DNA of 62,879 nucleotides, filler included, from Octopus bimaculoides (lineage: Eukaryota), in NCBI RefSeq assembly GCF_001194135.2. It is 9 parts of 9 records of this genome, joined end to end, with 100 filler letters (N's around TTAATTAATTAA, not from the genome) between each part and the next. Parts side by side here need not be neighbours in the genome. Positions count along the whole stretch, not along the records: positions 11,239 to 17,714 come from NC_068996.1; positions 17,815 to 29,250 come from NC_068981.1; 7 more parts are not named here. One strand, written 5' to 3'. The notes below the pieces were generated by a model that had not been told where the DNA came from, did no database searches, and saw only the letters and a list, made by a program, of their open reading frames with translations. Positions 13,454 through 26,719 of the stretch are shown one piece after another (the stretch's first letter is position 1; each line of letters begins with the position of its first letter). A program made the position numbers and the translations under genes.

Positions 13454-14148
13454 AAGTTAAAACAGTGAAAGACGCATATTGTAACCATTTTTGAACGAAG
13501 TCTTTTAGGTAGCAGTAAACAAATTGATAGCATTATTCGTAATTATAATATACAGCTCTCACTGCATTAAAAAAAAAATTGTTATTAAAAGATTATAGGT
13601 AACATCAAAATTTGATTTAAAAATATACAATTAGAACACAAATATTACTAAAGGCTTAGTAATAAATAAATTTGTAAATTCTCAGGAAATAAGAATTATC
13701 AGCAACAAAATGCAATAAGTAATATGTATGTACACAGTATGTCGAATTCGACAATATATTAATTTAAAACGTAGTTATAAGTAACTGGTTATTAAAGTAG
13801 CAATTACGCTGCTGGATAACAGACCGCAAACACTTTTTACTTGCTTGGTCTGTAGAAAGTGCCAGTACTGATGTTCTTTATAGCCTCTTTCAGACCGGCG
13901 AGAGAGATGCCATTTATGTTCCTTTGTAAGGTTTAGCTGCAGCGAGAAAGATATATAAGCATACAGGGCATTTCAGAGAGTTGGAGTTCAGGGAAAGAAG
14001 AACTGGACGCAGAAATAAGTGTAGGACTTAAGGAACTGGGTACAATAAAGACCATGAGAAGGAGAGATGAGTGGGACGAGAATGTCTGAATGGAGGTAAC
14101 ATTAGCGTCGTACAAATAAATAAACTGGCTTAAAAATTTTGATATAAA

Positions 14149-14238
14149 GTAAAGAATACGCACAGCTCGTGTTTAGGTTTAGGGTTGGGGCTTAGGGTTT
14201 TTGATACACTGAAAACGGGTGGTGTACGTATTCTTTAC
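14149..14238. mobile_element. Small element with 16-bp inverted ends and a degenerate TTAGGG-like core
   Basis: GTAAAGAATACGCACA (14149-14164) and TGTACGTATTCTTTAC (14223-14238) match at 15/16 as an inverted pair; the core is tttaggttttagggttggggcttagggtt. Confidence 0.5.
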
Positions 14239-17200
14239 CCCCGCCAAACAACGAATATACCAACGCAATAAAAAGATATACAAAACGTAAAATAAAAATT
14301 TTTCAGCAAGGAAACTAACAACCCAACACAATTGTGACATATTGAATGGCTTTCAGACAGAGAAATGAAATTTATTCATTTAGGACATAATTTTTTAATT
14401 AATAAATGCATTATAATATGTTGTGTCTGGGGAGAGTCATTCTCTTTTAGTGCCTTATAATTTAACACACTCACCGGTAAAATTTCCACTTATTTCTTTT
14501 TTTTATTTTTCTAAAATTTTCGTTGCGTCTTGCAACCTTTTCAATAGTTTTGGATTATAATAATAGTAATAATAAAATAAAAATTAGACAAAAAGGGTAT
14601 ACTGACTCCGTTGACAGAAATTACTGCTAAATAGTACCGGCAAATGAACAGCGGACTACAAAAAAAATTCTAAACTTCTGATATATATATTTATTTATAT
14701 GGTATGTGTATTCGTGCAAGTAGGTCTAGGTTTAGTAAATCAAGTGGAACTACTGCAGAACATCACTCGATTGTCAGGTGTCAGTACATCAGGGGAGGTG
14801 ACTCTAATTCAACATCCGTTATACAAAGGATACACACTACTTATAAAATTATAAATCTTAGCGATGTTATTTCATTTTTCTCCAAGTTTTTGCTGTATTT
14901 AGGAAGCTAAAAATATGTATTTATATGTAGGCAAACGTATATTTTTTTCTCATCTTCTTTGCTTACATGTTTATTTTAAACTATTGATATATGTGAAGGC
15001 TTGTAGGACCATATGTAGTTATTAACAACGTAGCTAGTTGTAAACACGTATCGTTATTGCTTTCGTTCAGTTGAATTTACAACAGTTTATATCGTTGAAA
15101 TTACAAGATAATCTAGAATATGTGTTTCTTTTAATTTTAAATGCAACGTATAGCCAACGGTGTATGACAAGAAGCGCTCAGAGAGAAGAGACTCCAAAAC
15201 TAAGTCTATTTCTTATTTTAACCGTTTCATTTCATTTAGTATCGTTAATTCCATATAAAAAAAAGTCACGAGCATCATATAATTCGTTATATATATATAT
15301 ATATGTGTGTGTGTATGCATTTTGATAACTGAAATCGATTTTAAATACTGTATTTTAACCGGTTTTAACCTCGTCCTTGAAATGTTATAAAATGTCGTTT
15401 GAAATGTTCCTAAAATAAGAACGTTGTGTAAATGCTTGTTAAAACATCTTTGAAATTTATTTTCCCTGAATTATTTTTATATTCCTCAAATATTCAGAGA
15501 TGTCAAAAGATAAATTCAGTCGGCTTTCTTAGAAGTTCATTAATGAAACGGATAACCAATTTCATTAGTATCAATTCATTTAGAAAGAATTCAGTTAGAT
15601 TTTTAATTCAAACAGAGATTTGTCTTCTCGACAAAAGGATATATTTTTCAGCTGTTTCAAAATGTCAAACAATAATCAACAAAGTTTGCAAATATCAGTT
15701 TGTATGTCGTGTGGGAGACGTGAATTCTAACATTTCGGTCACAGCCCTTATTTGGCGGAAAAAAAAAAAAAGTCTCCACAATACGAGCCAACGCCGTCGC
15801 TCAACCTGCTAGAAATGACAGCCAAAATTCCACACACCTTTAAAAATTACGCCCTACTATCTAAAACCACATTAAATAACGTTGTCCCATTTACCCCTAC
15901 AAAAAAAAAAAAATGAAATGATCACGGCTGGACAGGTTTTGATCATAGGTCGCTTGACAGTTAACCTGTTTCTTAACAACATACCTCACCCAAGCTATTG
16001 AGAGTCTCCATACAGTCGCTCAACTTGCTAAAAATAGCTGTCAAACCAACCTCAAACCACACTGCACATTAGATAGAAAAAAAATTAGGACGATGTAGTC
16101 CCTGATATACAAGATGGGACGGTCAACGCTGGAACACATTTGGTCAAAAGACTACTCTATGAGGGTTGACGTAGACCTAATTCCACCAACAACAACGTAC
16201 GCACCAGTGGAGAATGGTTGGGTAAGGCAGGAATGCCATAGATCATATGTCTTCTCCATTAGGATTGACTTATAGCTAAACAACAGCTGTAGAAATACCT
16301 TTCAGCTCGATCAGGACTAACGTGCAGCTAAATAACAATTTGCTCATATTTGCTGGTTTTATTTACATTTTTTGTTTTGTTTTCTTTTTACTTATTTATT
16401 TTTTTGCCGATGTAGAACCAGCAGTTTGAATTTTATTTAATATTTATCAAATAATAATGTCAGTCGGTATGAAGACTCGCCTCAACACAAATATTACATT
16501 CCTATAGCAATGGGCTGTAACCTTTAAAATGAATGTCTCATTGAAGATTAAAACGTCGTATTCATTATACGGCGTATTCTTACACACCGCCGCAACCCAC
16601 ACATAAATATTACAATCAGCAATGTACCTCGTTAAATACATCGACATTCATTTGAATAATTCAAGTACGTAAACATTAATAAAAACACAGTACCCTGTGT
16701 GTGTGTGGTGGTGGTAGTAGTAGTAGTAACAACATTATATAGAGGGTGAAAAGAGAATCAAGTATTGAAAATAATGAAAGGAGGAGAGCAATAAATAAAT
16801 TAGCTAGCTGACTACATTCACTGCATAGCCGTGTGCGTGTGTGCTTTCTGTGTCTTGACTAACCAGCTGAAAAGTTTACCAGCTGTTCTCTGTTTGGTAT
16901 TAACGATAAATCTTAACATCATCTGATGGACGTTTTTAACTTTACGCACACACTATCTTCCGTTGTTTTACCAAAAACATGTACACACGCATCGCGTATG
17001 TGGTTGTATGATGTATTTGTGTGTGTGCGTAGTGTATATATATATATATATATATATACAACTATTTGTGTGTGTATATATATATATTTATATACTTATT
17101 TATATTTATATATATATATATATATATACATTTAAATATATTTATATATATTATATATATAAATATATATTTATATATATATATTTAAATATATATTTAT

Positions 17201-17292
17201 ACCAACATATTTATATGTATATATATATTTACTACATATATTTAATATGTATATACATATTTGATATATACATATATATTTAATATATCTCT

Positions 17293-17470
17293 TTTAATTG
17301 TTTCAGTCATTTGACTGTGGCCATGCTGGAGCACCGCCTTTAGTCGAGCAAATCGACCCCAGGACTTATTCTCTGTAAGCCTAGTACTTATTCTATCGGT
17401 TCTTGTGCCGAACTGTTAAGTTGCAGGGACGTAAACACACCAGCATCTGTTGTCACACAAACACACACAC
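17293..17470 (-). mobile_element. 3' part of SINE family B
   Basis: Reverse complement of the 23290-23480 tail (GACTAAAGGCGGTGCTCCAGCATGGCC.CAGTCAAATGACTGAAACAA). Confidence 0.85.
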
Positions 17471-17486
17471 ATACATATATGTATAT

Positions 17487-17714
17487 CATCATCATCATCA
17501 TCATCGTTTAACGTCCGCTTTCCATGCTAGCATGGGTTGGACGATTTGACTGAGGACTGGTGAAACCGGATGGCAACACCAGGCTCCAGTCTGATTTGGC
17601 AGAGTTTCTACAGCTGGATGCCCTTCCTAACGCCAACCACTCAGAGAGTGTAGTGGGTGCTTTTACGTGTCACCCGCACGAAAACGGCCACGCTCGAAAT
17701 GGTGTCTTTTATGT
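17487..17714 (-). mobile_element. SINE family C 3' part with (GAT)n tail
   Basis: Contains TGGTTGGCGTTAGGAAGGGCATCCAGCTGTAGAAAC on the minus strand; nearly identical to 29351-29566; runs into a gap. Confidence 0.8.
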
Positions 17715-17814
17715 NNNNNNNNNNNNNNNNNNNNNNNNNNNNNNNNNNNNNNNNNNNNTTAATTAATTAANNNNNNNNNNNNNNNNNNNNNNNNNNNNNN
17801 NNNNNNNNNNNNNN

Positions 17815-17856
<42 letters not shown>

Positions 17857-18591
17857 CACACACACAAATATTTATGCATTGATTGTTTAGATGGGATGGA
17901 ACAGAGTAGTTGGATAAGAGAGCATTGGTGATGTGATGTTATAGCGAATATGTGCGCTGAATTCTATGTAATTGGTCGGCTAGTAAGTTTGTTGACCAAA
18001 TTGTTGATTGGTTAGTGTTTTTACATCAGTCAAATGGAATATATTATGATATGTGTTTCAGTACAAAAACTATAAATGTGCAACTGTGGCGTCGCTAATC
18101 CTGTGAAAATCTGGTCACGTGTATTTCTCGGTTGATGATGATCAGGTTTCAGGTACTTTTACCGCTATATTTATTTCGTTTCAGTGTACCCATCGTTCCC
18201 CATCCAAACGTGTTGTGAGTATGCATTCACAGATGTAAGCATATATTTATGAAAGCATGGTTGCTAGTACACTTACACATATATATTTATACATATACCT
18301 GTATATACGTTGAATACAACACATTCCAACCCATCTGATCTATGGTTTATCACCACAGAGTGTTCAATAAGAAGTTGATAAGTCAACACACACATGCGCG
18401 CACACGTACGCATACATCAAAACAGGTAAGAATGTGTGTGTGTGTATGTGTGTGTGAGCGGAGAGGGAGAGGGAGAGAGAAAGTGTGTGTGTGTGTATTT
18501 GTATATATGCATTAACGTGCATTTATTATATACATATAAGCTATAGATGTATATATGTAAATATATTAATGTATTTTTATGCACACAAAGA

Positions 18592-18674
<83 letters not shown>

Positions 18675-19609
18675 NNNNNNNNNNNNNNNNNNNNNNNNNN
18701 NNNNNNNNNNNNNNNNNNNNNNNNNNNNNNNNNNNNNNNNNNNNNNNNNNNNNNNNNNNNNNNNNNNNNNNNNNNNNNNNNNNNNNNNNNNNNNNNNNNN
18801 NNNNNNNNNNNNNNNNNNNNNNNNNNNNNNNNNNNNNNNNNNNNNNNNNNNNNNNNNNNNNNNNNNNNNNNNNNNNNNNNNNNNNNNNNNNNNNNNNNNN
18901 NNNNNNNNNNNNNNNNNNNNNNNNNNNNNNNNNNNNNNNNNNNNNNNNNNNNNNNNNNNNNNNNNNNNNNNNNNNNNNNNNNNNNNNNNNNNNNNNNNNN
19001 NNNNNNNNNNNNNNNNNNNNNNNNNNNNNNNNNNNNNNNNNNNNNNNNNNNNNNNNNNNNNNNNNNNNNNNNNNNNNNNNNNNNNNNNNNNNNNNNNNNN
19101 NNNNNNNNNNNNNNNNNNNNNNNNNNNNNNNNNNNNNNNNNNNNNNNNNNNNNNNNNNNNNNNNNNNNNNNNNNNNNNNNNNNNNNNNNNNNNNNNNNNN
19201 NNNNNNNNNNNNNNNNNNNNNNNNNNNNNNNNNNNNNNNNNNNNNNNNNNNNNNNNNNNNNNNNNNNNNNNNNNNNNNNNNNNNNNNNNNNNNNNNNNNN
19301 NNNNNNNNNNNNNNNNNNNNNNNNNNNNNNNNNNNNNNNNNNNNNNNNNNNNNNNNNNNNNNNNNNNNNNNNNNNNNNNNNNNNNNNNNNNNNNNNNNNN
19401 NNNNNNNNNNNNNNNNNNNNNNNNNNNNNNNNNNNNNNNNNNNNNNNNNNNNNNNNNNNNNNNNNNNNNNNNNNNNNNNNNNNNNNNNNNNNNNNNNNNN
19501 NNNNNNNNNNNNNNNNNNNNNNNNNNNNNNNNNGGACATTAATCAAAAGAGGAGCGGTTGGTAAGAAAAAGCCAATATATATTCTATTCGGTTTTCGTAC
19601 CTATTCACA

Positions 19610-20010
19610 CCTGTGGCCATTAATATTCAGTAATGAACGAAAGAGTGCGATCGTGAATACTAGCGGCCGAAATGGGGTTCCTCCGAAAGATGCGTAGTTC
19701 AGAGATCGATGAATCCCTTCAAGTTGAGCAGCTTCCTGTGTATTTCTATTTACGCCGGACATCTAAACAGAAAGTCACATGAACGAACCCAAAAATTCTT
19801 CAAGTCAAGCTAAACGGCTGGAGGTCTAAAGATAGGCCAAGAACGAAATGGCCGGATATTATCCATAGTCTCAGTTGGTCGCCCTTGGGAATACAACCGG
19901 AAAATCTAATGACGGTTATTTTTGATAGGGCCACATGGAGGAAGCACCCGAAGACTCTACTCCACGACCTGCTCAGGAAAAGTGGGAGGAGAAGGTGGAT
20001 GAATGGATGG
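19610..20010 (+). mobile_element. Degenerate RTE-clade LINE 3' end
   Basis: Patchy translation AAEMGFLRK...SSEIDESLQVEQL...(G.R)PRTKWPDIIHSLSWS, typical of RTE ORF C-termini, followed by a (GGAT)n-like tail. Confidence 0.6.
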
Positions 20011-20035
20011 ACATTAAACTGATGAATTAATGCAT

Positions 20036-20108
20036 TATTGAGAGTAACTTTGAAGTTTTGCCAGCGAAGCCGACATCGCTAGCCGAAACTTCGAAGTCAC
20101 TGTCAATA
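20036..20108 (+). ncRNA. Candidate pre-miRNA-like hairpin (unverified)
   Basis: 73-nt fold-back with 28 Watson-Crick pairs, 2 G:U, 4 mismatches, a 1-nt bulge and a short loop. Both wobbles favour the + strand. CNNC motifs at 20111-20117. Confidence 0.4.
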
Positions 20109-20207
20109 CTCTTCTTCTTAAAGAATAATACACTTGCATTATGCGAAAAGTATTGAGTAATCCTTCAGTTCAATATAAATTGTTTCTATTATAATATAAA
20201 AACAGTC

Positions 20208-20285
<78 letters not shown>

Positions 20286-21329
20286 CACACATATATGAAT
20301 GACACGCAAANNNNNNNNNNNNNNNNNNNNNNNNNNNNNNNNNNNNNNNNNNNNNNNNNNNNNNNNNNNNNNNNNNNNNNNNNNNNNNNNNNNNNNNNNN
20401 NNNNNNNNNNNNNNNNNNNNNNNNNNNNNNNNNNNNNNNNNNNNNNNNNNNNNNNNNNNNNNNNNNNNNNNNNNNNNNNNNNNNNNNNNNNNNNNNNNNN
20501 NNNNNNNNNNNNNNNNNNNNNNNNNNNNNNNNNNNNNNNNNNNNNNNNNNNNNNNNNNNNNNNNNNNNNNNNNNNNNNNNNNNNNNNNNNNNNNNNNNNN
20601 NNNNNNNNNNNNNNNNNNNNNNNNNNNNNNNNNNNNNNNNNNNNNNNNNNNNNNNNNNNNNNNNNNNNNNNNNNNNNNNNNNNNNNNNNNNNNNNNNNNN
20701 NNNNNNNNNNNNNNNNNNNNNNNNNNNNNNNNNNNNNNNNNNNNNNNNNNNNNNNNNNNNNNNNNNNNNNNNNNNNNNNNNNNNNNNNNNNNNNNNNNNN
20801 NNNNNNNNNNNNNNNNNNNNNNNNNNNNNNNNNNNNNNNNNNNNNNNNNNNNNNNNNNNNNNNNNNNNNNNNNNNNNNNNNNNNNNNNNNNNNNNNNNNN
20901 NNNNNNNNNNNNNNNNNNNNNNNNNNNNNNNNNNNNNNNNNNNNNNNNNNNNNNNNNNNNNNNNNNNNNNNNNNNNNNNNNNNNNNNNNNNNNNNNNNNN
21001 NNNNNNNNNNNNNNNNNNNNNNNNNNNNNNNNNNNNNNNNNNNNNNNNNNNNNNNNNNNNCAGCAAAATTAGAAATCTAATATTTCTAAATCTCTCAGAG
21101 AGATTTAAGCAGTAGTGGAGCGATAAAGCTGTAGTATATTGTCAACTTAATGTGACAATACCAATAAGGGAATACACTACTGCCGTTTAGCCCTAGGAAG
21201 CTGGACCGCTTCCTGTCGGCCTTGACACAATTACTGCGTCCTTAAGTTTGCGAGGGGGAGACAAGCTCCTCCATATATTTATACATATACATATATATAT
21301 ATATATACACACACGCGCTCATACATACA

Positions 21330-21360
<31 letters not shown>

Positions 21361-21662
21361 GTATACTTTTGTGTACGATTGGAGCCATTAATTTTCTTGA
21401 ACATTTTGCGAGTCAACAGCTGTGGAAAAAGTATGAATAGGAAGAGCATCTAGAAAACTGAGTATTTGGGTGTTGTGGTTAGTGCTAGAAGGATCTTAGG
21501 ATCAGGAAGAGGAGAAGCAAGCGAGACAGGACTGCCTGAGCTGATGTGGTATGAATCCACCCTTGTTAAAACGGTAGAAACATCGAACGGCCATATTGAT
21601 GTGGCGATTAACATTACTTATCAGTATAATTACTACTTTCATCTTTTATTGAAATTTTCTAA

Positions 21663-21739
<77 letters not shown>

Positions 21740-22133
21740 NNNNNNNNNNNNNNNNNNNNNNNNNNNNNNNNNNNNNNNNNNNNNNNNNNNNNNNNNNNNN
21801 NNNNNNNNNNNNNNNNNNNNNNNNNNNNNNNNNNNNNNNNNNNNNNNNNNNNNNNNNNNNNNNNNNNNNNNNNNNNNNNNNNNNNNNNNNNNNNNNNNNN
21901 NNNNNNNNNNNNNNNNNNNNNNNNNNNNNNNNNNNNNNNNNNNNNNNNNNNNNNNNNNNNNNNNNNNNNNNNNNNNNNNNNNNNNNNNNNNNNNNNNNNN
22001 NNNNNNNNNNNNNNNNNNNNNNNNNNNNNNNNNNNNNNNNNNNNNNNNNNNNNNNNNNNNNNNNNNNNNNNNNNNNNNNNNNNNNNNNNNNNNNNNNNNN
22101 NNNNNNNNNNNNNNNNNNNNNNNNNNNNNNNNN

Positions 22134-22186
<53 letters not shown>

Positions 22187-22619
22187 TATACATATATATG
22201 TTGTATGCATTACTTATATATGTGCATGAATATAAATGAAACTCAAATATGTATTTATCATTATTTTACACACATATACACATACACACTTGACGACCTG
22301 TTATTATTTTATCAACTTCAAAGAAAAATAAACAGAAAACATCTTCAGAGACTATGATAAGAAGTAGGAATGAGAATTTTATTTTGATATAAAGGACAAT
22401 GATAGTACTGTATCCACTTCTAGATGAGGAAAAATTCTTTCCGCCTTTCTTACAATATACATAAAATAGAGAGATAGAGAGAGACTTTGTGGTGGCAGAG
22501 AGAACGAAAGCTAGCTAGATGTACAGTTTGCTTCAATATGAGTTTGCTTTATCTATTTAGACAGAAATATTTATGATCAATATTCACTTGTGTTTATAAT
22601 TATGCATAGATGGAAGTAA

Positions 22620-23169
22620 GCATGTTTATCTTTTTTATTATATGTTTTATTGGTTTCAGCCAGAGACTGAGTCCATGCTGGGGCACCAACTTTGTTTCTT
22701 TTCTGTACTGTTTCTGGTGAAGTAGCAAGTCGTACGGAGCTGCTCTTCTTTGTGTGTCCTGCCGCAAAGTGAGTTCATCGGCCACCTCAAATAAAAATTT
22801 GTCCAGACGTTCTTTGAAGACCTCCATTTCTACACTTTGCAAATCCCTGAAGTTGGGAACCCTTGAGATCCAAGCTGTTATAGTACTGGCTCCTTATTCT
22901 AGATGGAGAAAGCGGGAACTTTGGTACTATTCAGTGCCGCCAGTTTGGTGGTTGGTATAGCTTTCAATTCCAAAGTTGGGAGCTAGATCTCCCAGAACCT
23001 TCCATTGGCACAGGAGTGCCTGTTTGATAAGAAACTTGCTTCCCAACCACATGGTTCCGGGTTCAGTTCCACTGCGTGGAACCCTGGACAAATGTCTTTT
23101 GCTATAGCCTCGGTCCGTTCAAAGCCTTGTGAGTGGATTTGGTAGAGGGAAACTGAATGAAGCCCGTCG

Positions 23170-23217
<48 letters not shown>

Positions 23218-25440
23218 CACACACACATATATATACATATATATATATATATATTTATTTTATATATATATGTATATGTTTGTGTATCTGTGTTTGGCCC
23301 ACCCACCATCGCTTGACAACCGATGTTGGCGTGTTTACGTCTCCGTAACTTAACAATTCGACAAAAAGAGACCGATAGAATAAGTACTAGCCTTACAAAG
23401 AATAAGTCCTGGGGTCGATTTGTTCGACTAAAGGCGGTGCTCCAGCATGGCTGCAGTCAAATGACTGAAACAAGTAAAAGAATAAAAGAATTTATATTAC
23501 AACATATCTTTCACATCTTCTCTTTAAGGAGTAGAGCTTCAGTACCTTTAGCCTCTCCCAGTAGCTCCTCTTTTGTACTACCTCAGCCTTCTTAGTGTAG
23601 TGGTGCTAGATTGCCTCGATTTCCGCCACCAGTTTGACACTTTGTGGTGACTACAGCTGTAAGCAGTAATCCAGATGATAGAGAACAAATGTTCTCCATA
23701 GGAGTAGCATGGTATCCTTTTCCCAGTTCTGAATGATCTAAGAATCCATTCAGCTACTCACCTTCACAGTGTTGCCGTCTGGAAATATGCACATGGATTG
23801 TTGTTTCATTATTCATGTGGATTCTCAGGTAACGCAGTGACTCTGACTCTAGGATTACACTATCCACTGGTCCTGTGATTTCCGATTATAATTTGTTTGT
23901 GGGCCGATACTGGAGTGCTTGAAACTTCTCAGCATTAACCTTCATGTCATTTTTATCAGCCCACATACATATTGCATTGAGGTATTTCTGCAGTTTTAAA
24001 ACATCATCAGGGTCCTTGACACTTTTGTATCATCAGCATAGCTGGTGAGAGTGACTGAGGGCATTTTTGAGAGAGTACAAGCATTAGTGGTCCTAGATAC
24101 AGTTGTTTGAAGGGACTCCGCTAAGAAGTGACGACCCCCAGAGGAATCACCAATGGATGCAACTGTCTGGCTTCTGTCTTTTAAATAGTCATGTAGCCAC
24201 TCTCCTAATATTCCAGCGATACCAAAGTCACGTACTGTGTGACATATCCCATGATGAACTTTGTGAAAGACTTTTGCAAAGTCGAGACTTGTCACGACCA
24301 CATTTGAGTAGTTGAACTGTTGTTTCAGTACCTAGTCATAATGCTGCAGTAGTTACGTGAGACAGCTCCTCCCATGACGGAGGTAATTTTTTGTGTTTAT
24401 GAACAAATTCGTCTATGTCTGACAATGCGTTCCATGATCTTGCTAACAAGTGAGGTCATAGAGATAGACCTGTAAGTTTTAGTATCTGCTCTGCTTCCTC
24501 GTTTATGGAGAGGGCATATCATATCTACTTTTAACATTTCGGGAAGCTTACCACATGCAAGAAAACTCTGAAAAACATCTGCGGTAGCTTTGCGAAAACT
24601 TTCTAGCATGTTTTTAAAAGAACATCCGGAAATCTATTTGGGTCAGTTGCTGAGTTCGAGTTTATCTCATCAATGGCCGATATTACATCTTCCTCCTTTA
24701 TGTCGATGTAATCGATTGTTGCCTCTTTCCTATATAGATCTGCAGTAAAAACTCATCGAGCTTGCTTATTTGCATACTACTCAGTGGAGGGGTGAAGACA
24801 CTTTAGAATTGTCTATTTAGCACTTCACTTAACTTCCTGGGGTTTGCAGTGAGTGATACGCCTTCAATTTTGTGGTTCGCCGAGGCAGATTTTTCACAAA
24901 CTTGTAAAAGGCTTTAGGATTTATGTTTATATTTTCCACCACCCTGATTTTTCTTTCTTCCTCGTTCTCTTCATGGGCGACTCTGAGTTTATTTTGGGTC
25001 TCTCAGAGCTCCTTTTTGAAGAGGGATTTCTCGCTGTCATTAAGTTGTTTATTTAAGCGATTAGAGATCTTTATTCTACATCTCATAAGGACTCTCCTGT
25101 CTCTGTTTGTACATATTGGCTCTCTTCTCTTTAACACATATGGCTCGCATCATTGACATGCATTCTTTATGTTTCATATCAATGTCTTGCAAAGAGATAC
25201 TTTGAAGCCAATTTTGCTGGAGTATGTGCTTTTCAAGTGACTTCCAATCAGCCTTGTAGATGTTCAGACTGGATAATTTTCCCCATGAACATCATTATCG
25301 CGAGATCAAGCAGATATTCTGCTTGCCAGTGTTGTTTGCGTGTCATTTCTGAGATTATGTCGCCTTTTGGTCATCTGATGTCGGGAATGTGGTTTGCGCT
25401 TTTTTCCCCTAATATTTGGATTCTTCCTGTAAATAAGTGT
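22620..25440 (-). mobile_element. Decayed CR1/L2-group LINE ORF2 (endonuclease remnant, RT, 3' end), interrupted by a SINE at 23007-23483
   Basis: Fragments ICPLHKRGSRADTKTYRSISMTSLVSKIMERIVR, LDFAKVFHKVHH, WLHDYLKDRSQTV, SYADDTKV and VFKERLDKFLFEVADE; many stops and frameshifts. Confidence 0.85.
23007..23483 (+). mobile_element. Full-length tRNA-derived SINE family B with an internal (CA)/(TA) microsatellite
   Basis: tRNA-like head with B-box GGTTCAGTTCC, a CORE-like middle (ccctggacaaatgtc ~ ccttgggcaa) and a tail ending CAAGTAAAAGAATAAAAGA. A matching full copy lies at 56280-56670. Confidence 0.85.
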
Positions 25441-25984
25441 CTGGCTCTAACTACTAAAACAAAAGCCTATAATTTGAAATTTAGAAAGCAACAACAGTTA
25501 AGATGTTGAATTCCATAAAAATGTTGCATATATACATTGTTCAAACGAATCTATTTGTTTCACTGAAACTCCAAAAATTTCAAGTAATTTACTCATTAGA
25601 AAATAAAATAAAATAAAATAAAATAAAATAAAACTTAAAACTGTCAATAGCTAGAGGTACTTTCAACCTTCTCTAAATTAAATATAAATTTACAAATATT
25701 AATTCATAAACTGGGTAGAGATAAGGTATAAGTTTCGAAGTAGTTGTCCATAAATATTCTGAGTTCACATTTGTTGGGTAGCTGAAACCTCCACAACAGT
25801 ATACAATGTTGTTTTCTCCTTCAAGTAACCAAGTGTTCGTTTTCAGCGGAAGCTTTGATTGAAATGGTCCAATAATATAACCTATGTTGAATCGTGTGAA
25901 TGTACTCAACATGAGAGATTCCTTTAATATTTATCCCTAGGCAGTCTATCATATAGAGGGCATTGTATATTGTATATTGTTTGG

Positions 25985-25995
25985 GCAATACATAC

Positions 25996-26026
<31 letters not shown>

Positions 26027-26330
26027 TCTATGCATGCGTATGTACATATGTGTGCATGCATATATGTACGTGCGCGCCTGTTTATGCATGCGTATATACA
26101 TGTCTGCGTGTGTATGAATGTATGTATGCGTGTGTATGTATATGTATGTACATGCTTGCGTATGTATGAATGTATGCATGCGTATGTGTATGCATGCATA
26201 TGTACATGTGTGTATATCTATATATGTATGTATATGTGTGTGTATACATGCATATATACATGCGTCTGTGTATGTATGCATGTATGTCTGTGTGCATTCA
26301 TGCAAATGACCATTCGCGTATATATGTGTA
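25985..26330. repeat. Cryptic alternating purine-pyrimidine minisatellite (TATG/CATG/CGTG mix)
   Basis: ~340 nt of nearly uninterrupted RY alternation. Confidence 0.85.
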
Positions 26331-26719
26331 AACTTATAAGGTTGTTGGGCAGCTGACCCTCCACAACAGTATATAATATTGTTTTCTCCTGGGATTGTAA
26401 ACTTATAAGGTTTTTATTGATGTAGTCTTATGCGAATGTATTTTCTCCGTGGTTTAGATTCAGAGAAAATTATATTCATGATTATTTAATAAAGCGGAAT
26501 AAAAGACAAAAACATTGTGGCGTTTAGTCAAATCCCCTTACAGTCTTTGCTTAAATCCTTCCAAGATTAATTTTATCTTTCACATCTCCAACGTTGATGA
26601 AACAAATACCAATATCATAATATTCAACAGACTAACGTTAATAAATTATTAACGGACTACACACGTTCCATGAAATTTGCTATGTGATGCAAAATTTAGA
26701 AATTATTATTTACTAAGAT

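Noticed and set aside
15432-15812. 126-aa + strand ORF in non-repetitive DNA
   Set aside because: No recognisable motif, AT-rich codon usage, no splice support.
21087-21107. Perfect palindrome TAAATCTCTC-A-GAGAGATTTA
   Set aside because: Short, built on a CT/GA dinucleotide run, next to a gap; plausible by chance in 63 kb.
18417-22239. Long ORFs of 180-370 aa made mostly of X (also 31380-32180 and 57378-61137)
   Set aside because: They run through N gaps; no sequence information.
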